NCBI GenBank assembly: GCA_018065145.1 | Contig: JAGHTW010000067.1 | Span: 3,067-67,066 of the forward strand | Length of the DNA stretch: 64,000 nucleotides | From: Candidatus Prevotella equi | Lineage (GTDB): Bacteria; Bacteroidota; Bacteroidia; Bacteroidales; Bacteroidaceae | Direction of reading: 5' to 3' | Position numbers and translations under genes: made by a program | Notes under the pieces: model-generated | The model's database searches: none | Seen by the model: the letters and a program-made list of their open reading frames with translations, nothing else | What the model was told of the DNA's origin: nothing | In this document: positions 17,110 through 26,942 of the stretch, in pieces | Layout of the letters: every line of letters starts with the position of its first letter | Position numbering within the stretch: the first letter of the stretch is position 1

Positions 17110-20100
17110 TTAATTTATTGAGAATCGTATGTGTTCGTTGTCGTGTATGAAATCTACGAGACGACGGTTAATCTTTATTCCCGGTAGCTTTGAGGCGTAG
17201 CGGACAGGGTATGGACTGATTCTTGAGTCGCGTATGGACAGCTTTAGCTTTGTGGTGCCTGGTGACTCGCGGATGATGGTGGTCAGGTCTTGTAGGACAG
17301 TATCGAGATTTGTCATCTTCGCGTCATCATCTTCGCCGTCATCAAGAATGTTACCGATGGAGTCAAGGTCAATGTGTATGGTGAGGCTTTCCATTGACTT
17401 CGTGCTTACGTCGTACAGGTACTCTACGCTTTGCACGTTGAGGCTGTATTGTCCTGTGCCTCTGAATCTCTCCTGACTCTTCATCTTGACATACACGCTG
17501 CTGCCGACGAGGAAGTACGGTTGCCAACGTGCCCAGTCTTTATCAAAGAACACCAGTTCTCCCTGTCCATGGAAGTCCTCTATCGTTACTATTCCCATTG
17601 GTTTTCCTGTCTTTGTGAACCTTGGTGTGACAGATGTCACGATACCACCGACGGTGAGCGTGTCTCGTTTCGCAAGCTCTGCGCGGTCGGCGTCCTTGCC
17701 TATCTCCTGACAGGTGGTGTTGCACAGGCACTCTATTATTATGGCAAACTCATCCAGCGGATGTGCGGAGAGATAGATACCCACGAGATCTCGTTCGCGG
17801 TTAAGCTTCTCTATGGTGCTCCACTCCTGTGCCTTCGGTGGCTTAGGCTTCGTTATCTCTATGGCATCGAAGTCACCGAAGAGTGAGTGCGTAGATTCAT
17901 TCTTCGCAGTCTGGTACTGCTGTCCGTAACGTGAGAGCTGACCGATGAAGGTATCCTTGTTTATCTCCTCGAGATACTGTTCGCGCAGGATTCCGAAGCA
18001 GTCCAGAGCGCCGGCAAGTGCAAGACACTCAAGGGCTTTCTTGTTCATAGCAGTAGAAGGGACACGCTCCATCAGGTCATAGATGGAACTATAAGGACCG
18101 TTCGCGTCACGTTCCTTGATGATAGCCTCTGTTGCCGCCTCGCTCATACCCTTGATGGCAGCGAGACCGAAGCGTATCTCACCTTTTTTATTTACACCGA
18201 AGTTGGCAAATGACTCGTTGACGTCAGGACCCTTAGTGAGTATTCCCATCGACTTACACTCGTCCATGAGCTTCGTTATCTCCTTGATATCAGAGCGACG
18301 ACGCGTCAGCAGCGCTGCCATAAACTCTGCCGGATAGTTCGCTTTGAGGTAAGCCGTCTGGTAAGCCACCCATGAATAGCATGCTGCATGCGACTTGTTG
18401 AAGGCGTAAGAGGCAAACTTCTCCCAGTCAGCCCATATCTTCTCCAGCACCTTAGGGTCGTGGCCGTTGGACTTTCCGCCCTCGATGAATTTTGGTTTCA
18501 TCGCATCAACGATGTCCTTCTTCTTCTTACCCATCGCCTTACGCAATGCGTCACTCTCGCCTCGTGTGAAGTTGGCGAGCTGACGTGAAAGAAGCATCAC
18601 CTGCTCCTGATACACCGTGATGCCGTATGTATCCTTCAGGTATTTCTCCATGCAGTCAATGTCGTATGTTATCTCTTCGCGACCGTTCTTGCGGGCAATG
18701 AATGAAGGGATGTAATCCATAGGTCCCGGACGGTACAGGGCGTTCATGGCGATGAGGTCCTCGAAGACAGTAGGATGAAGCTCGCGCAGGTATTTCTGCA
18801 TGCCGGCAGACTCAAACTGGAATGTGCCGATGGTCTGACCGCGCTGGTACAACTCGTATGTCTTAGGATCATCAATAGGAATATGGTCAAGGTCTATGTC
18901 TATGCCACGGGTGAGCTTGATATTCTTGCATGCCTCCTTCTGCTCAGAGAGCGTTTTCAGTCCGAGGAAGTCCATCTTGATGAGGCCTGTTGACTCAATC
19001 ACGTGACCGTCATACTGCGTCACGGCAGTCTTGATGTTAGGGAAGTCCGGGTCGTCAGCGGTAGATACAGGCACGTGGTCGCTGATAGGGTCACGACAGA
19101 TGATGAATCCGCAGGCGTGGATGCCCGTTCCGCGCACAGTGCCCTCAAGCATCTTCGCGTATTTTATGGTGTTCGCCTCACGAGGATCAATGGATGCCTC
19201 AGCCTGCTGCAACTCCGGTGTGCACTTTATGGCATTGCCAAGATTCATCTTCATGCCGTCAGGCAGACGGTCAGGGATGGCTTTACACAGGGCATTGGAG
19301 CGATCCAACGGCAGTTTCTCCACGCGGGCAACGTCCTTGAGGGAGTTCTTCGTTGCCATCGTGCTGTAAGTGATGATATGCGCACAGTTTTCATGACCGT
19401 ATTTGTCCATTACCCACTGCAATACCTTGCCTCGACCATCATCGTCGAAGTCGGTATCAATATCAGGGAGTGAGATACGGTCAGGGTTTAGGAAACGCTC
19501 GAACAGTAGATCGTACTTCAATGGGTCTATCTTGGTGATACCAAGGCAGTAAGCTACAACGGAACCGGCAGCCGATCCACGTCCAGGACCTACCCATACG
19601 CCCAACTCTTCTCGTGCGCTGTTGATGAAGTCGGATACGATAAGGAAGTAACCAGGGAAGCCCATCGTCTTCATTATATGAAGCTCAAAACGCACACGTT
19701 CGTCAACCTCTTTCGGAATGCCATGGTCTGCTGCCCACTGCGATAGCTCATCAGCCTGCAATGCCTTGCCGTATGGTATCTCAATGGTCTCCGGCGTATA
19801 GCGCATGCTGGCACCTTCGTAGGCGAGTTTCGCAAGGAAGTCAGCCTCAAACTTGATGCGGTAGAGCTTATCATAACCGCCCAGTTTCTTGATTTTCTTC
19901 TGACCGTCCTCCTCAGAGAGAGGGTTCTTGCGGTATTCGTCAGTGGTGAACTCCTCGTAGAGGTCCTGTTCGGAGAACTCCTTGCGCCATTGCTCCTCTG
20001 ATCCGAACTCTTCTGGGATAGGGAAGAATGGCATGATAGGGTCAGACTCAAGGTTATAGGTCTCTACCTTGTCAAGGATTTCAAGGGTGTTGCTAAGCGC

Positions 20101-20943
20101 TTCGGGCACATCGGAGAAGATATCGTTCATCTCCTGGCGCGTCTTGAACCACTCCTGCTTGGAGTAAAGCATACGCGTAGGGTCATCCAGGTCCTTGCCC
20201 GTAGAGAGACAGAGCAGGTGGTCGTGCGCTTCGGCTGTCTCTTCGTCAACAAAGTGGCAGTCGTTGGTGCACACTAACTTCACACCGTATTCCTTTGCCA
20301 ACTCTATGAGTACGCGGTTTGCCTGCTGTTGCAACGGGAATGTCTCGCGGTTGGCACGCTGGTTCGGGTCTTTCACCTCATGACGCTGGAGCTCAAGATA
20401 GAAGTCGTCGCCCCAAAGCTTCTTGTGCCATTCAAGGGATTCGCGTGCTCCGTCAATGTCTCCTTTAAGTATCTTGCTTGGTATCTCACCTGCTATGCAG
20501 GCAGAACATACGATGAGGTCTTCGTGGTATTTCTCAAGGTCCGCATGGTCGGTACGTGGACGGCCGTAGAAACCGTCAACCCAACTGCGGGAAACCAGCT
20601 TGATAAGGTTCTTGTAACCGTTCTCGTTCTTTGCCAATACGATAAGGTGCCAGCCGCCACGGTCTATCTTTGCGTCCTCCTTTTGCTCCTTACCACGACG
20701 GGCTACATACATTTCACAGCCGAAGATAGGCTTGAATGGTTCCAAACCCTCCTTCTTGCGGTCTTTGTTTAGCTTGTTGCACTCGTCGAAGAGTTCTTTT
20801 ACGCCGAACATGTTGCCATGGTCGGTAATCGCCATGCCACGCATGCCGTCTGCGGCGGCTTTCTTTAATAGTGCCTTGATGGAACTCTGGCCGTCGAGAA
20901 TGGAATAATAGGTGTGAACGTGTAAATGTATGAAGTCCTGCAT
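17110..20943 (-). CDS. dnaE: DNA polymerase III alpha subunit
   Basis: 1277 aa. PHP domain 'FIHLHVHTYYSILDG', polymerase core 'LPDIDTDF' and 'KMDFLGLKTL', and an OB-fold C-terminus. Confidence 0.95.
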   Translation of the reverse strand: MQDFIHLHVHTYYSILDGQSSIKALLKKAAADGMRGMAITDHGNMFGVKELFDECNKLNKDRKKEGLEPFKPIFGCEMYVARRGKEQKEDAKIDRGGWHLIVLAKNENGYKNLIKLVSRSWVDGFYGRPRTDHADLEKYHEDLIVCSACIAGEIPSKILKGDIDGARESLEWHKKLWGDDFYLELQRHEVKDPNQRANRETFPLQQQANRVLIELAKEYGVKLVCTNDCHFVDEETAEAHDHLLCLSTGKDLDDPTRMLYSKQEWFKTRQEMNDIFSDVPEALSNTLEILDKVETYNLESDPIMPFFPIPEEFGSEEQWRKEFSEQDLYEEFTTDEYRKNPLSEEDGQKKIKKLGGYDKLYRIKFEADFLAKLAYEGASMRYTPETIEIPYGKALQADELSQWAADHGIPKEVDERVRFELHIMKTMGFPGYFLIVSDFINSAREELGVWVGPGRGSAAGSVVAYCLGITKIDPLKYDLLFERFLNPDRISLPDIDTDFDDDGRGKVLQWVMDKYGHENCAHIITYSTMATKNSLKDVARVEKLPLDRSNALCKAIPDRLPDGMKMNLGNAIKCTPELQQAEASIDPREANTIKYAKMLEGTVRGTGIHACGFIICRDPISDHVPVSTADDPDFPNIKTAVTQYDGHVIESTGLIKMDFLGLKTLSEQKEACKNIKLTRGIDIDLDHIPIDDPKTYELYQRGQTIGTFQFESAGMQKYLRELHPTVFEDLIAMNALYRPGPMDYIPSFIARKNGREEITYDIDCMEKYLKDTYGITVYQEQVMLLSRQLANFTRGESDALRKAMGKKKKDIVDAMKPKFIEGGKSNGHDPKVLEKIWADWEKFASYAFNKSHAACYSWVAYQTAYLKANYPAEFMAALLTRRRSDIKEITKLMDECKSMGILTKGPDVNESFANFGVNKKGEIRFGLAAIKGMSEAATEAIIKERDANGPYSSIYDLMERVPSTAMNKKALECLALAGALDCFGILREQYLEEINKDTFIGQLSRYGQQYQTAKNESTHSLFGDFDAIEITKPKPPKAQEWSTIEKLNRERDLVGIYLSAHPLDEFAIIIECLCNTTCQEIGKDADRAELAKRDTLTVGGIVTSVTPRFTKTGKPMGIVTIEDFHGQGELVFFDKDWARWQPYFLVGSSVYVKMKSQERFRGTGQYSLNVQSVEYLYDVSTKSMESLTIHIDLDSIGNILDDGEDDDAKMTNLDTVLQDLTTIIRESPGTTKLKLSIRDSRISPYPVRYASKLPGIKINRRLVDFIHDNEHIRFSIN

Positions 20944-21085
20944 CGTTTAGATTGTGGTGTTTTAGTTTTGAACGTTTGGGATGCGAAGTTAGTTATTTTA
21001 TGTGATAAAACGGAACTTGTGGGCTAAAAACAAGATTTTTGTAAACAATAATTAATAATTGTTTGCGTAATTAGGAAAAATAATG

Positions 21086-21093
21086 TAACTTTG
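21086..21093 (+). promoter_or_regulatory. -7 promoter box (TAACTTTG) for psd-pssA
   Basis: Exact TAnnTTTG match 22 nt upstream of the psd ATG. Confidence 0.5.
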
Positions 21094-21114
21094 CAACACC
21101 TTATATACTAACCA

Positions 21115-21807
21115 ATGGGAAAAAGAATTAAGAAACTTAAGAAAATTAGAATACATCGTGAAGGCACTGATACGTTGATTTATAGCGCAATGGTGCTTGT
21201 CGCTATCGGTATTATACTCTGGAGATCCTTCGAAACTCATGTGCCTTTCTATGTCTTCGCAGGCGTTTTTGGCATTATATGGTGTATAGTGCTCAACTTC
21301 TTCCAGTGTCCTGTGAGACTCTTCGGTACTGATGATACCGAAGGACTCGTGGTAGCACCGGCGGATGGTCATATCGTGGTGATAGAAGAAGTGGAGGAAA
21401 CGAAGTATTTCCATGAGAAGCGCATCATGGTGAGTATCTTTATGAGCCTTTTTAATGTTCATGCAAACTGGTTTCCTGTTGACGGTAAGGTGAAGATGGT
21501 AAAGCATCAGAATGGCGCTTTCCACAAAGCATGGCTGCCAAAGGCAAGCGAGGAGAATGAGATGACGGATGTTATCATTACTACTCCTGACGGTGTCGAT
21601 ATACTCTGCCGACAGGTGGCTGGCGCTATGGCACGACGTATCAAGACTTATGCAAAGGAAGGAGAGGATTGTTATATTGACGAACATCTCGGATTTATCA
21701 AGTTCGGTTCAAGGGTAGATCTCTTCCTGCCTGTTGATGCGGAGATATTGGTACACATGAAGCAGACTACAACGGGCAACCAAACAATTATTGCTAAGTT
21801 ATCATGA
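21115..21807 (+). CDS. psd: phosphatidylserine decarboxylase family protein
   Basis: 230 aa. An N-terminal TM segment and the C-terminal '[14 protein letters not shown]' self-processing region. It is ATGA-coupled to pssA. Confidence 0.8.
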   Translation: MGKRIKKLKKIRIHREGTDTLIYSAMVLVAIGIILWRSFETHVPFYVFAGVFGIIWCIVLNFFQCPVRLFGTDDTEGLVVAPADGHIVVIEEVEETKYFHEKRIMVSIFMSLFNVHANWFPVDGKVKMVKHQNGAFHKAWLPKASEENEMTDVIITTPDGVDILCRQVAGAMARRIKTYAKEGEDCYIDEHLGFIKFGSRVDLFLPVDAEILVHMKQTTTGNQTIIAKLS

Positions 21808-22535
21808 AGCGTCATATCCCAAATACAATAACTTGCTGCAACCTCGTTTGCGGTTGTATAGCAACGACATACGCTATCTGTGGCGATGCGAAGATGGCAT
21901 TGCTCTTTGTTATACTTGGAGCGGTGTTTGATTTCTTTGATGGCATGTCGGCACGATTGCTGCATGTAAGCAGTGAGATAGGAAAAGAACTGGACTCTCT
22001 TGCTGACGACGTTACATTCGGAGTGGCACCGGCAAGCATCATCTTCTATGAACTGAAGGTAGTAGATTACCCTTCTTTCATGGAGATAGCAAGACCTGTG
22101 CTGCCTTATGTGGCATTTGTCGTTGCTGCGTTCTCGGCACTGCGACTGGCAAAGTTCAATCTTGATACGCGTCAGACAACGTCGTTTATAGGTTTGCCAA
22201 CGCCTGCTAATGCCCTCTTCTGGGGATCGTTGATAGTCGGTTTCGGCGCACAACTGGAGACGACAACATGGTTCATGCCTATGATTATCGTGGGTATAGT
22301 ACTTAGTTCGTGGATTCTTGTGGCAGAGATACCAATGTTTGCCCTGAAGTTCAAGCAGTGGGGCTTTGCCGGTAATGAGATAAAGTATTGTTTTATTGCT
22401 TTCTCGGCTGTTGCACTTGTAGCAACAATCGCTGCAGGACTGGTGACGGGTAATGCGAATCTTTGTTATTCGGGTTTCTCAATCATCATTGTTGCTTATG
22501 TGTTGGTGTCAATACTGACACAGAAGAAGGCATAA
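21804..22535 (+). CDS. pssA: CDP-diacylglycerol--serine O-phosphatidyltransferase
   Basis: The CDP-alcohol phosphatidyltransferase motif '[25 protein letters not shown]' in a polytopic protein. Confidence 0.85.
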   Translation: MKRHIPNTITCCNLVCGCIATTYAICGDAKMALLFVILGAVFDFFDGMSARLLHVSSEIGKELDSLADDVTFGVAPASIIFYELKVVDYPSFMEIARPVLPYVAFVVAAFSALRLAKFNLDTRQTTSFIGLPTPANALFWGSLIVGFGAQLETTTWFMPMIIVGIVLSSWILVAEIPMFALKFKQWGFAGNEIKYCFIAFSAVALVATIAAGLVTGNANLCYSGFSIIIVAYVLVSILTQKKA

Positions 22536-22564
22536 CGACACTCAAAATTTAACTGATAGATATA

Positions 22565-23005
22565 TTGATGCAAACTCCTGACGAACAGTTTATGCAGAAA
22601 GCGCTTGCTGAGGCAGAACAGGCTGCAAAGGAAGGTGAGGTGCCTATTGGCGCTGTTGTGGTATGCCGCGGCAGGATATTGGCACGCACGCATAACCTTA
22701 CCGAGACATTGCATGACGTAACGGCACATGCGGAGATGCAGGCTATTACGGCAGCGGCGAATGCTTTGGGAGGAAAGTATCTGACGGACTGCACACTTTA
22801 TGTTACGGTAGAACCGTGTCCGATGTGCGCTGGTGCCTTGGGATGGTCGCAGATAGCACGTGTGGTATATGGTGCACCGGATGAAAAACGTGGATATCGT
22901 AAAATCGCTCCAACAGCATTGCATCCGAAGACGGAGGTGACAGAGGGCGTCATGGAAGATGAATGTCGCGATATGATGCAGACATTCTTCAAGGCTAAGA
23001 GATAA
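22565..23005 (+). CDS. tadA: tRNA adenosine(34) deaminase
   Basis: 146 aa. 'HAEMQAI' and 'PCPMCAGAL' are CDA-fold zinc motifs. Confidence 0.9.
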   Translation: MMQTPDEQFMQKALAEAEQAAKEGEVPIGAVVVCRGRILARTHNLTETLHDVTAHAEMQAITAAANALGGKYLTDCTLYVTVEPCPMCAGALGWSQIARVVYGAPDEKRGYRKIAPTALHPKTEVTEGVMEDECRDMMQTFFKAKR

Positions 23006-23011
23006 AGAAAC

Positions 23012-23048
23012 AAAAAAAGAGCTAACCGCAATGCGATTAGCTCTTTTA
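23012..23048. terminator. bidirectional terminator between tadA and rplS
   Basis: agagctaa / ttagctct forms an 8-bp stem, flanked by an A-run (23012-23018) and a T-run (23045-23048). The flanking genes are convergent. Confidence 0.65.
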
Positions 23049-23069
23049 ATTTGGAGTTGTCTGTTTCGA

Positions 23070-23429
23070 TTAGTCCTTGTTAACGACACGCTTCTCAGCG
23101 ATACGTGCCTTCTTACCAGTGAGGCCGCGGAGGTAGTAAAGCTTAGCGCGACGTACCTTACCGTGCTTGTTAACCTCAATAGAGTCGATGTTTGGTGACT
23201 CGATAGGGAAGATACGCTCTACACCTACTGTACCTGACATCTTACGAACAGTGAAGCGCTTCTTGTCACCGTGACCAGAAATCTTGATTACTACACCACG
23301 GTAGAGCTGGATACGCTCCTTTGAACCCTCGATAATTTTGTAAGCGACTGTTACAGTGTCACCAGCCTTGAACTCTGGGAACTGCTTGCCGGTTGCAAAT
23401 GCTTCTTCAGCAACTTTAATTAAATCCAT
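23070..23429 (-). CDS. rplS: 50S ribosomal protein L19
   Basis: 119 aa. '[29 protein letters not shown]...GVERIFP'. Confidence 0.93.
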   Translation of the reverse strand: MDLIKVAEEAFATGKQFPEFKAGDTVTVAYKIIEGSKERIQLYRGVVIKISGHGDKKRFTVRKMSGTVGVERIFPIESPNIDSIEVNKHGKVRRAKLYYLRGLTGKKARIAEKRVVNKD

Positions 23430-23517
23430 TGTTTAATTGATTTGATTTGTTTGAAAATTGTTGTTATCGTTCAATCGCAACATAGCCTTCTGCCAGCGGT
23501 TACGTCGAAAGCGGGTG

Positions 23518-23525
23518 CAAAGGTA
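23518..23525 (-). promoter_or_regulatory. -7 promoter box (TACCTTTG) for rplS
   Basis: caaaggta on the plus strand, about 90 nt upstream of the rplS ATG. Confidence 0.45.
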
Positions 23526-23588
23526 CTGCTTTTTTCCCGTTCTGGCAAACTTTTAGACTATTATTTTGCTTATTTACAGATGTTTTTG

Positions 23589-23596
23589 TAATTTTG
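23589..23596 (+). promoter_or_regulatory. -7 promoter box (TAATTTTG) for the EamA transporter gene
   Basis: Exact match. The ~130-nt leader it implies consists entirely of the repeat element at 23612-23730. Confidence 0.5.
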
Positions 23597-23611
23597 CAGT
23601 GAAAAATATAA

Positions 23612-23730
23612 AATTAATAATTAAAAATTAAAAATTAAAAATTGTGATTACCTCTTGCGGGATATAAAGTAATCATAATTTGTTAATTCGATAATTCGTT
23701 AATTCGATAATTCGTTAATTCGATAATCCG
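23612..23730. repeat. composite element: five heptads (AATTAAA), core ttgtgattacct-N16-taatcataatt, six octads (TAATTCGN)
   Basis: AATT recurs at 23612/19/26/33/40. The core hairpin is tgattac (23645-51) / gtaatca (23669-75). AATTCG recurs at 23685/93/701/709/717/(725). The element ends 3 nt before the ATG at 23734. Confidence 0.85.
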
Positions 23731-23733
23731 GCA

Positions 23734-24609
23734 ATGTCTAAGGATTTAAAAGGTGTTTTCTTAGCAACGATAAGCGGTGCTTCATTTGGATTGATACCGT
23801 TGTTTACCATTCCTGTAATAAATACGGGAATGGGATATTGCAGTATTATCTTTTATCGATTTCTTTTCGGATCGCTATTCATGCTTGCCTTCTTGCTTTA
23901 TAAGCGCGAGTCGCTGAGAATTTCGTTCAGTGAGTTATGGCGTATCTCTATTCTTTCCTCTATCTATATCGTTTGTGCGGTGACGCTGTTCAAGAGCTAT
24001 GCATATATCACTTCTGGTGTTGCAACGTCGCTGATATATACCAATCCTATATGGTGTGCTTTGCTTGCAATAGCATTCTGCGGAGAGAAATTCTCTTGGC
24101 GTGTTACTGTTGCATTGCTGTTGTCGTTCGTGGGCGTCACGATGCTATCGGGACTGTTTGATGATGGACAGGTGTTCTCTGCATTGGGCATCTTTCTCGG
24201 ACTTTGTTCTGGTATCGGATATGGTGTTTATCTTATACTTTTACCTCGTTTGAGGCTTGGTAATGTGTCAAGCCTTAAACTGACGTTCTATATCTTCTTT
24301 ACTGCTGTCATCCTGTTGTTGTTTTATCAGTTGCCGTTTGAGGGTGGGATAGATAGGATAGAGGATTGGACAACGTTCACGAATTTGTTGCTCGTAGGAT
24401 TGTTGCCTACGGCATTCAGCAATATATGTGTTACTATGGCGTTGCGTATGATTGATACTACCATCGTATCTATACTCGGTGCGTTTGAACCATTTACGGC
24501 AATGGTGGTCGGTATATTACTGCTTCATGAACCTTTCTCCCTTATAACAATAATAGGAGGATTGTTAGTCCTTGCGTCCGTAACAATCCTCACTATCAAG
24601 AAGAAATAA
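23734..24609 (+). CDS. EamA/DMT family transporter
   Basis: 291 aa with ten predicted TM helices in two EamA-like halves. Confidence 0.75.
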   Translation: MSKDLKGVFLATISGASFGLIPLFTIPVINTGMGYCSIIFYRFLFGSLFMLAFLLYKRESLRISFSELWRISILSSIYIVCAVTLFKSYAYITSGVATSLIYTNPIWCALLAIAFCGEKFSWRVTVALLLSFVGVTMLSGLFDDGQVFSALGIFLGLCSGIGYGVYLILLPRLRLGNVSSLKLTFYIFFTAVILLLFYQLPFEGGIDRIEDWTTFTNLLLVGLLPTAFSNICVTMALRMIDTTIVSILGAFEPFTAMVVGILLLHEPFSLITIIGGLLVLASVTILTIKKK

Positions 24610-24625
24610 TAAGTCTATTTGCTTA

Positions 24626-25441
24626 TTAATACATTTTTCCAACAATCTTATATGCAAGCGTAGCAGGAAGTACCTTTCCCAAGAATAGGAATGCGTGGTA
24701 CATCCATCCTACAGTAGATAGAAGCCATGGTGATTTTGCTTCTGCCATTTCGTAAAGCTTGCGTGCCATACGCTCTGGTAATATGCCGTGCTGCTCATCG
24801 TGCTCCATCTGCGCTACGGAGTCCTGCAGGTGCGTATAGATGTCTGCACCTGCCAATTCCTTTTTGCGTGCGTCTGTAAAGCCTGTCTTTACATCGCCAG
24901 GCATGAGTACGCAGACTGATATGCCGAATGGTGCCACCTCGTTCTTGAGCGAAAGGGCAAGGGCATTGAGGGCTGACTTTGATGCACTGTAGAATGCCTG
25001 GAAGGGTAGGGCGAAGGTCGCCATGACACTGCTGACGTATATTATCCTACCGCCGTCTTTGCCTTTCTTGCCATTGCCGTTCTCCATGCCTTGCTTTCGC
25101 ATGTAAGGTAGTACGGCCTGTGTGATGTTGAGTGCTCCAAAGAAGTTTACGTCTATCTGACGCTTGGCATCGCTAATCTCGGTGAATTCTATTGCACCGC
25201 TGATGCCCATGCCTGCATTGGATATCATTACGTCGATGTGACCAGTCTCCTCGATTACCTGTGAAACGGCTTTCTTGCAGTCTTCTGGTTTGGTGACGTC
25301 GCAGTCGATATGTGTTATGTTCTCTGCATTCTCGCCGTGACGAGAGAGCTCGTAAACTTTATATCCTTTCTGAGAAAAGATATTGGCGGCAGCCTTGCCA
25401 ATGCCAGAGCTGCCGCCAGTGATGATAAGTGTCTTTGCCAT
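24626..25441 (-). CDS. SDR family oxidoreductase
   Basis: 'TLIITGGSSGIGKA' (TGxxxGIG), 'NAG' and 'YSASKSAL' (YxxxK). Start chosen at MAKTL; the longer track ORF would overlap the upstream gene. Confidence 0.85.
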   Translation of the reverse strand: MAKTLIITGGSSGIGKAAANIFSQKGYKVYELSRHGENAENITHIDCDVTKPEDCKKAVSQVIEETGHIDVMISNAGMGISGAIEFTEISDAKRQIDVNFFGALNITQAVLPYMRKQGMENGNGKKGKDGGRIIYVSSVMATFALPFQAFYSASKSALNALALSLKNEVAPFGISVCVLMPGDVKTGFTDARKKELAGADIYTHLQDSVAQMEHDEQHGILPERMARKLYEMAEAKSPWLLSTVGWMYHAFLFLGKVLPATLAYKIVGKMY

Positions 25442-25455
25442 TATGTTTTTCTTGA

Positions 25456-26184
25456 TTACTTTTTCTTGCAGTCGCCTTTCTTGCAACCACCGAAACGGTA
25501 TGCTACGTAACCTGCACCAGCTACTACCCAGTCTGATGAAGAGCTGTTGATAGCGTTGAAGCGGTCACCATAGTTGTTGAGTGTGCCCTCGATACCAACG
25601 TTGAACTTGCGTGATACCTTGAAATCGAGTGCGAGACCTACACGAACAGAGTGTGTGAAGACGCTCTTACGCTTTGATCCTAATGTGCCCCAAGCATTAC
25701 CGACATCTTCGGTTATATAGTCACCGTAGAACTCCTGAAGCTTATTGAGCTGCTTGTTGTTCCATGCATAGTTGAGACCAACACCAGCGATGAAGTAGAA
25801 ACCGAAGTTGCAGTTTGGCTTCTTTGACATAAGCTGGTAGAGGTTTACCATGATGTCAATGTTAGGGTTGATATAATTAAACTTGTAATAGTCGTCAACA
25901 CTCTTAAGGTAGTTGTTCATGCTGTAGCCTGTGACATTGAGACGTGCACCTACTACACGGGTGAACATTGCGCCTACGCTAACACCATACTGTGGTGAAA
26001 CGGCATCGCATAACACATTGCCTCCACCGAAGCCTGATGCTCCACCAGCTTGTGCTGATACGTAGTAATATGGTTTGAAGTTCTTTGCGCATTCTGTCTT
26101 TTCACAAGTATTCGCATCCTGCGCTGATACCGTCATAGTAAGAGCAACGGCAATAGTAGTGATGATAGTTCTCAAATTAAGCAT
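25456..26184 (-). CDS. outer-membrane beta-barrel protein (small porin/OmpW-like class)
   Basis: Signal peptide 'MLNLRTIITTIAVALTMTVSAQ'. The sequence shows an alternating beta-strand pattern. A CAAAAGTA -7 box (rc) at 26222-26229 supports the start at 26184. Confidence 0.65.
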   Translation of the reverse strand: MLNLRTIITTIAVALTMTVSAQDANTCEKTECAKNFKPYYYVSAQAGGASGFGGGNVLCDAVSPQYGVSVGAMFTRVVGARLNVTGYSMNNYLKSVDDYYKFNYINPNIDIMVNLYQLMSKKPNCNFGFYFIAGVGLNYAWNNKQLNKLQEFYGDYITEDVGNAWGTLGSKRKSVFTHSVRVGLALDFKVSRKFNVGIEGTLNNYGDRFNAINSSSSDWVVAGAGYVAYRFGGCKKGDCKKK

Positions 26185-26221
26185 TTTTATTGATGATTTA
26201 TTTGTTTTCAACATTATTTTG

Positions 26222-26229
26222 CAAAAGTA
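26222..26229 (-). promoter_or_regulatory. -7 promoter box (TACTTTTG) for the 25456-26184 barrel gene
   Basis: caaaagta on the plus strand, about 38 nt upstream of the ATG at 26184. Confidence 0.45.
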
Positions 26230-26318
26230 AACATTTTGTTTGATATTACCAAAAAAAACGGCGACTTTTTTCCTTTTGCAGGGAAAATGTCGCCGTTTGT
26301 TTATTTGTTTATGTAATT

Positions 26319-26924
26319 TTAGAAGTAATAACCAAGTCCAATCTGCCAAGCGTTGTGCTTGCCTGAAATTACGTTACCAGCAATGTCTGATGCTGACTCG
26401 CCATACTTGCCACAGGCGATGTTATAGTTCGCCTTTAACTCATAGTGCTTTTTAATAACTGCACCGACGCCAACGTTTATACTGACGTTACTCTTCTTCC
26501 ATGACCAGTCGTAGAAGTTCTCTGCTACGGTCTTGTCCTTACCGATGTTGAATGAGAACTGTGGACCAGCAAAGGCGAAAACATTAATCACTTTGCCGAG
26601 ACTTACACCATAACGAATGTTGACAGGGATGGCAATGGCATTGGAGTTCATGCTTTCTGTTTGACCATCAGCTACCTCTACGGCTGCACAACGGAGGTCG
26701 TAAACGGCTGATAAGTCAAAGGCAAGACCTACGATAGGTACTTTTACAAGAACTGTAGGACCAACATAGAAACCTGCACGATTGGACTTTGAAAGAATGT
26801 CGCTTGAGAACTTCATGTTCGTCAGGTTTAAACCACCGCGTACACCGAACTTTACTTCAGCGTTGGCTGGTGTTGCCATAAATAATGTCATGGCAAGGAG
26901 AAGAAATGAAAGTATCTTTTTCAT
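26319..26924 (-). CDS. outer-membrane beta-barrel protein (PorT/OmpW-like class)
   Basis: Signal peptide 'MKKILSFLLLAMTLFMATPANA', 'FGVRGGLNLTN' and a terminal aromatic 'GLGYYF'. It lies 18 nt downstream of gldN. Confidence 0.65.
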   Translation of the reverse strand: MKKILSFLLLAMTLFMATPANAEVKFGVRGGLNLTNMKFSSDILSKSNRAGFYVGPTVLVKVPIVGLAFDLSAVYDLRCAAVEVADGQTESMNSNAIAIPVNIRYGVSLGKVINVFAFAGPQFSFNIGKDKTVAENFYDWSWKKSNVSINVGVGAVIKKHYELKANYNIACGKYGESASDIAGNVISGKHNAWQIGLGYYF

Positions 26925-26942
26925 TGTTGTTTAATCTGTAAT

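Noticed and set aside
21037-21062. AT-rich palindrome aaacaa-taattaataa-ttgttt in the dnaE/psd divergent region, considered as an operator.
   Set aside because: The stem is only 6 bp in very AT-rich DNA and is not repeated elsewhere in the window.
23430-23517. Possible structured ribosomal-protein leader upstream of rplS.
   Set aside because: The implied leader is about 90 nt long, but I could not find a convincing stem-loop set or a match to any leader motif I know.
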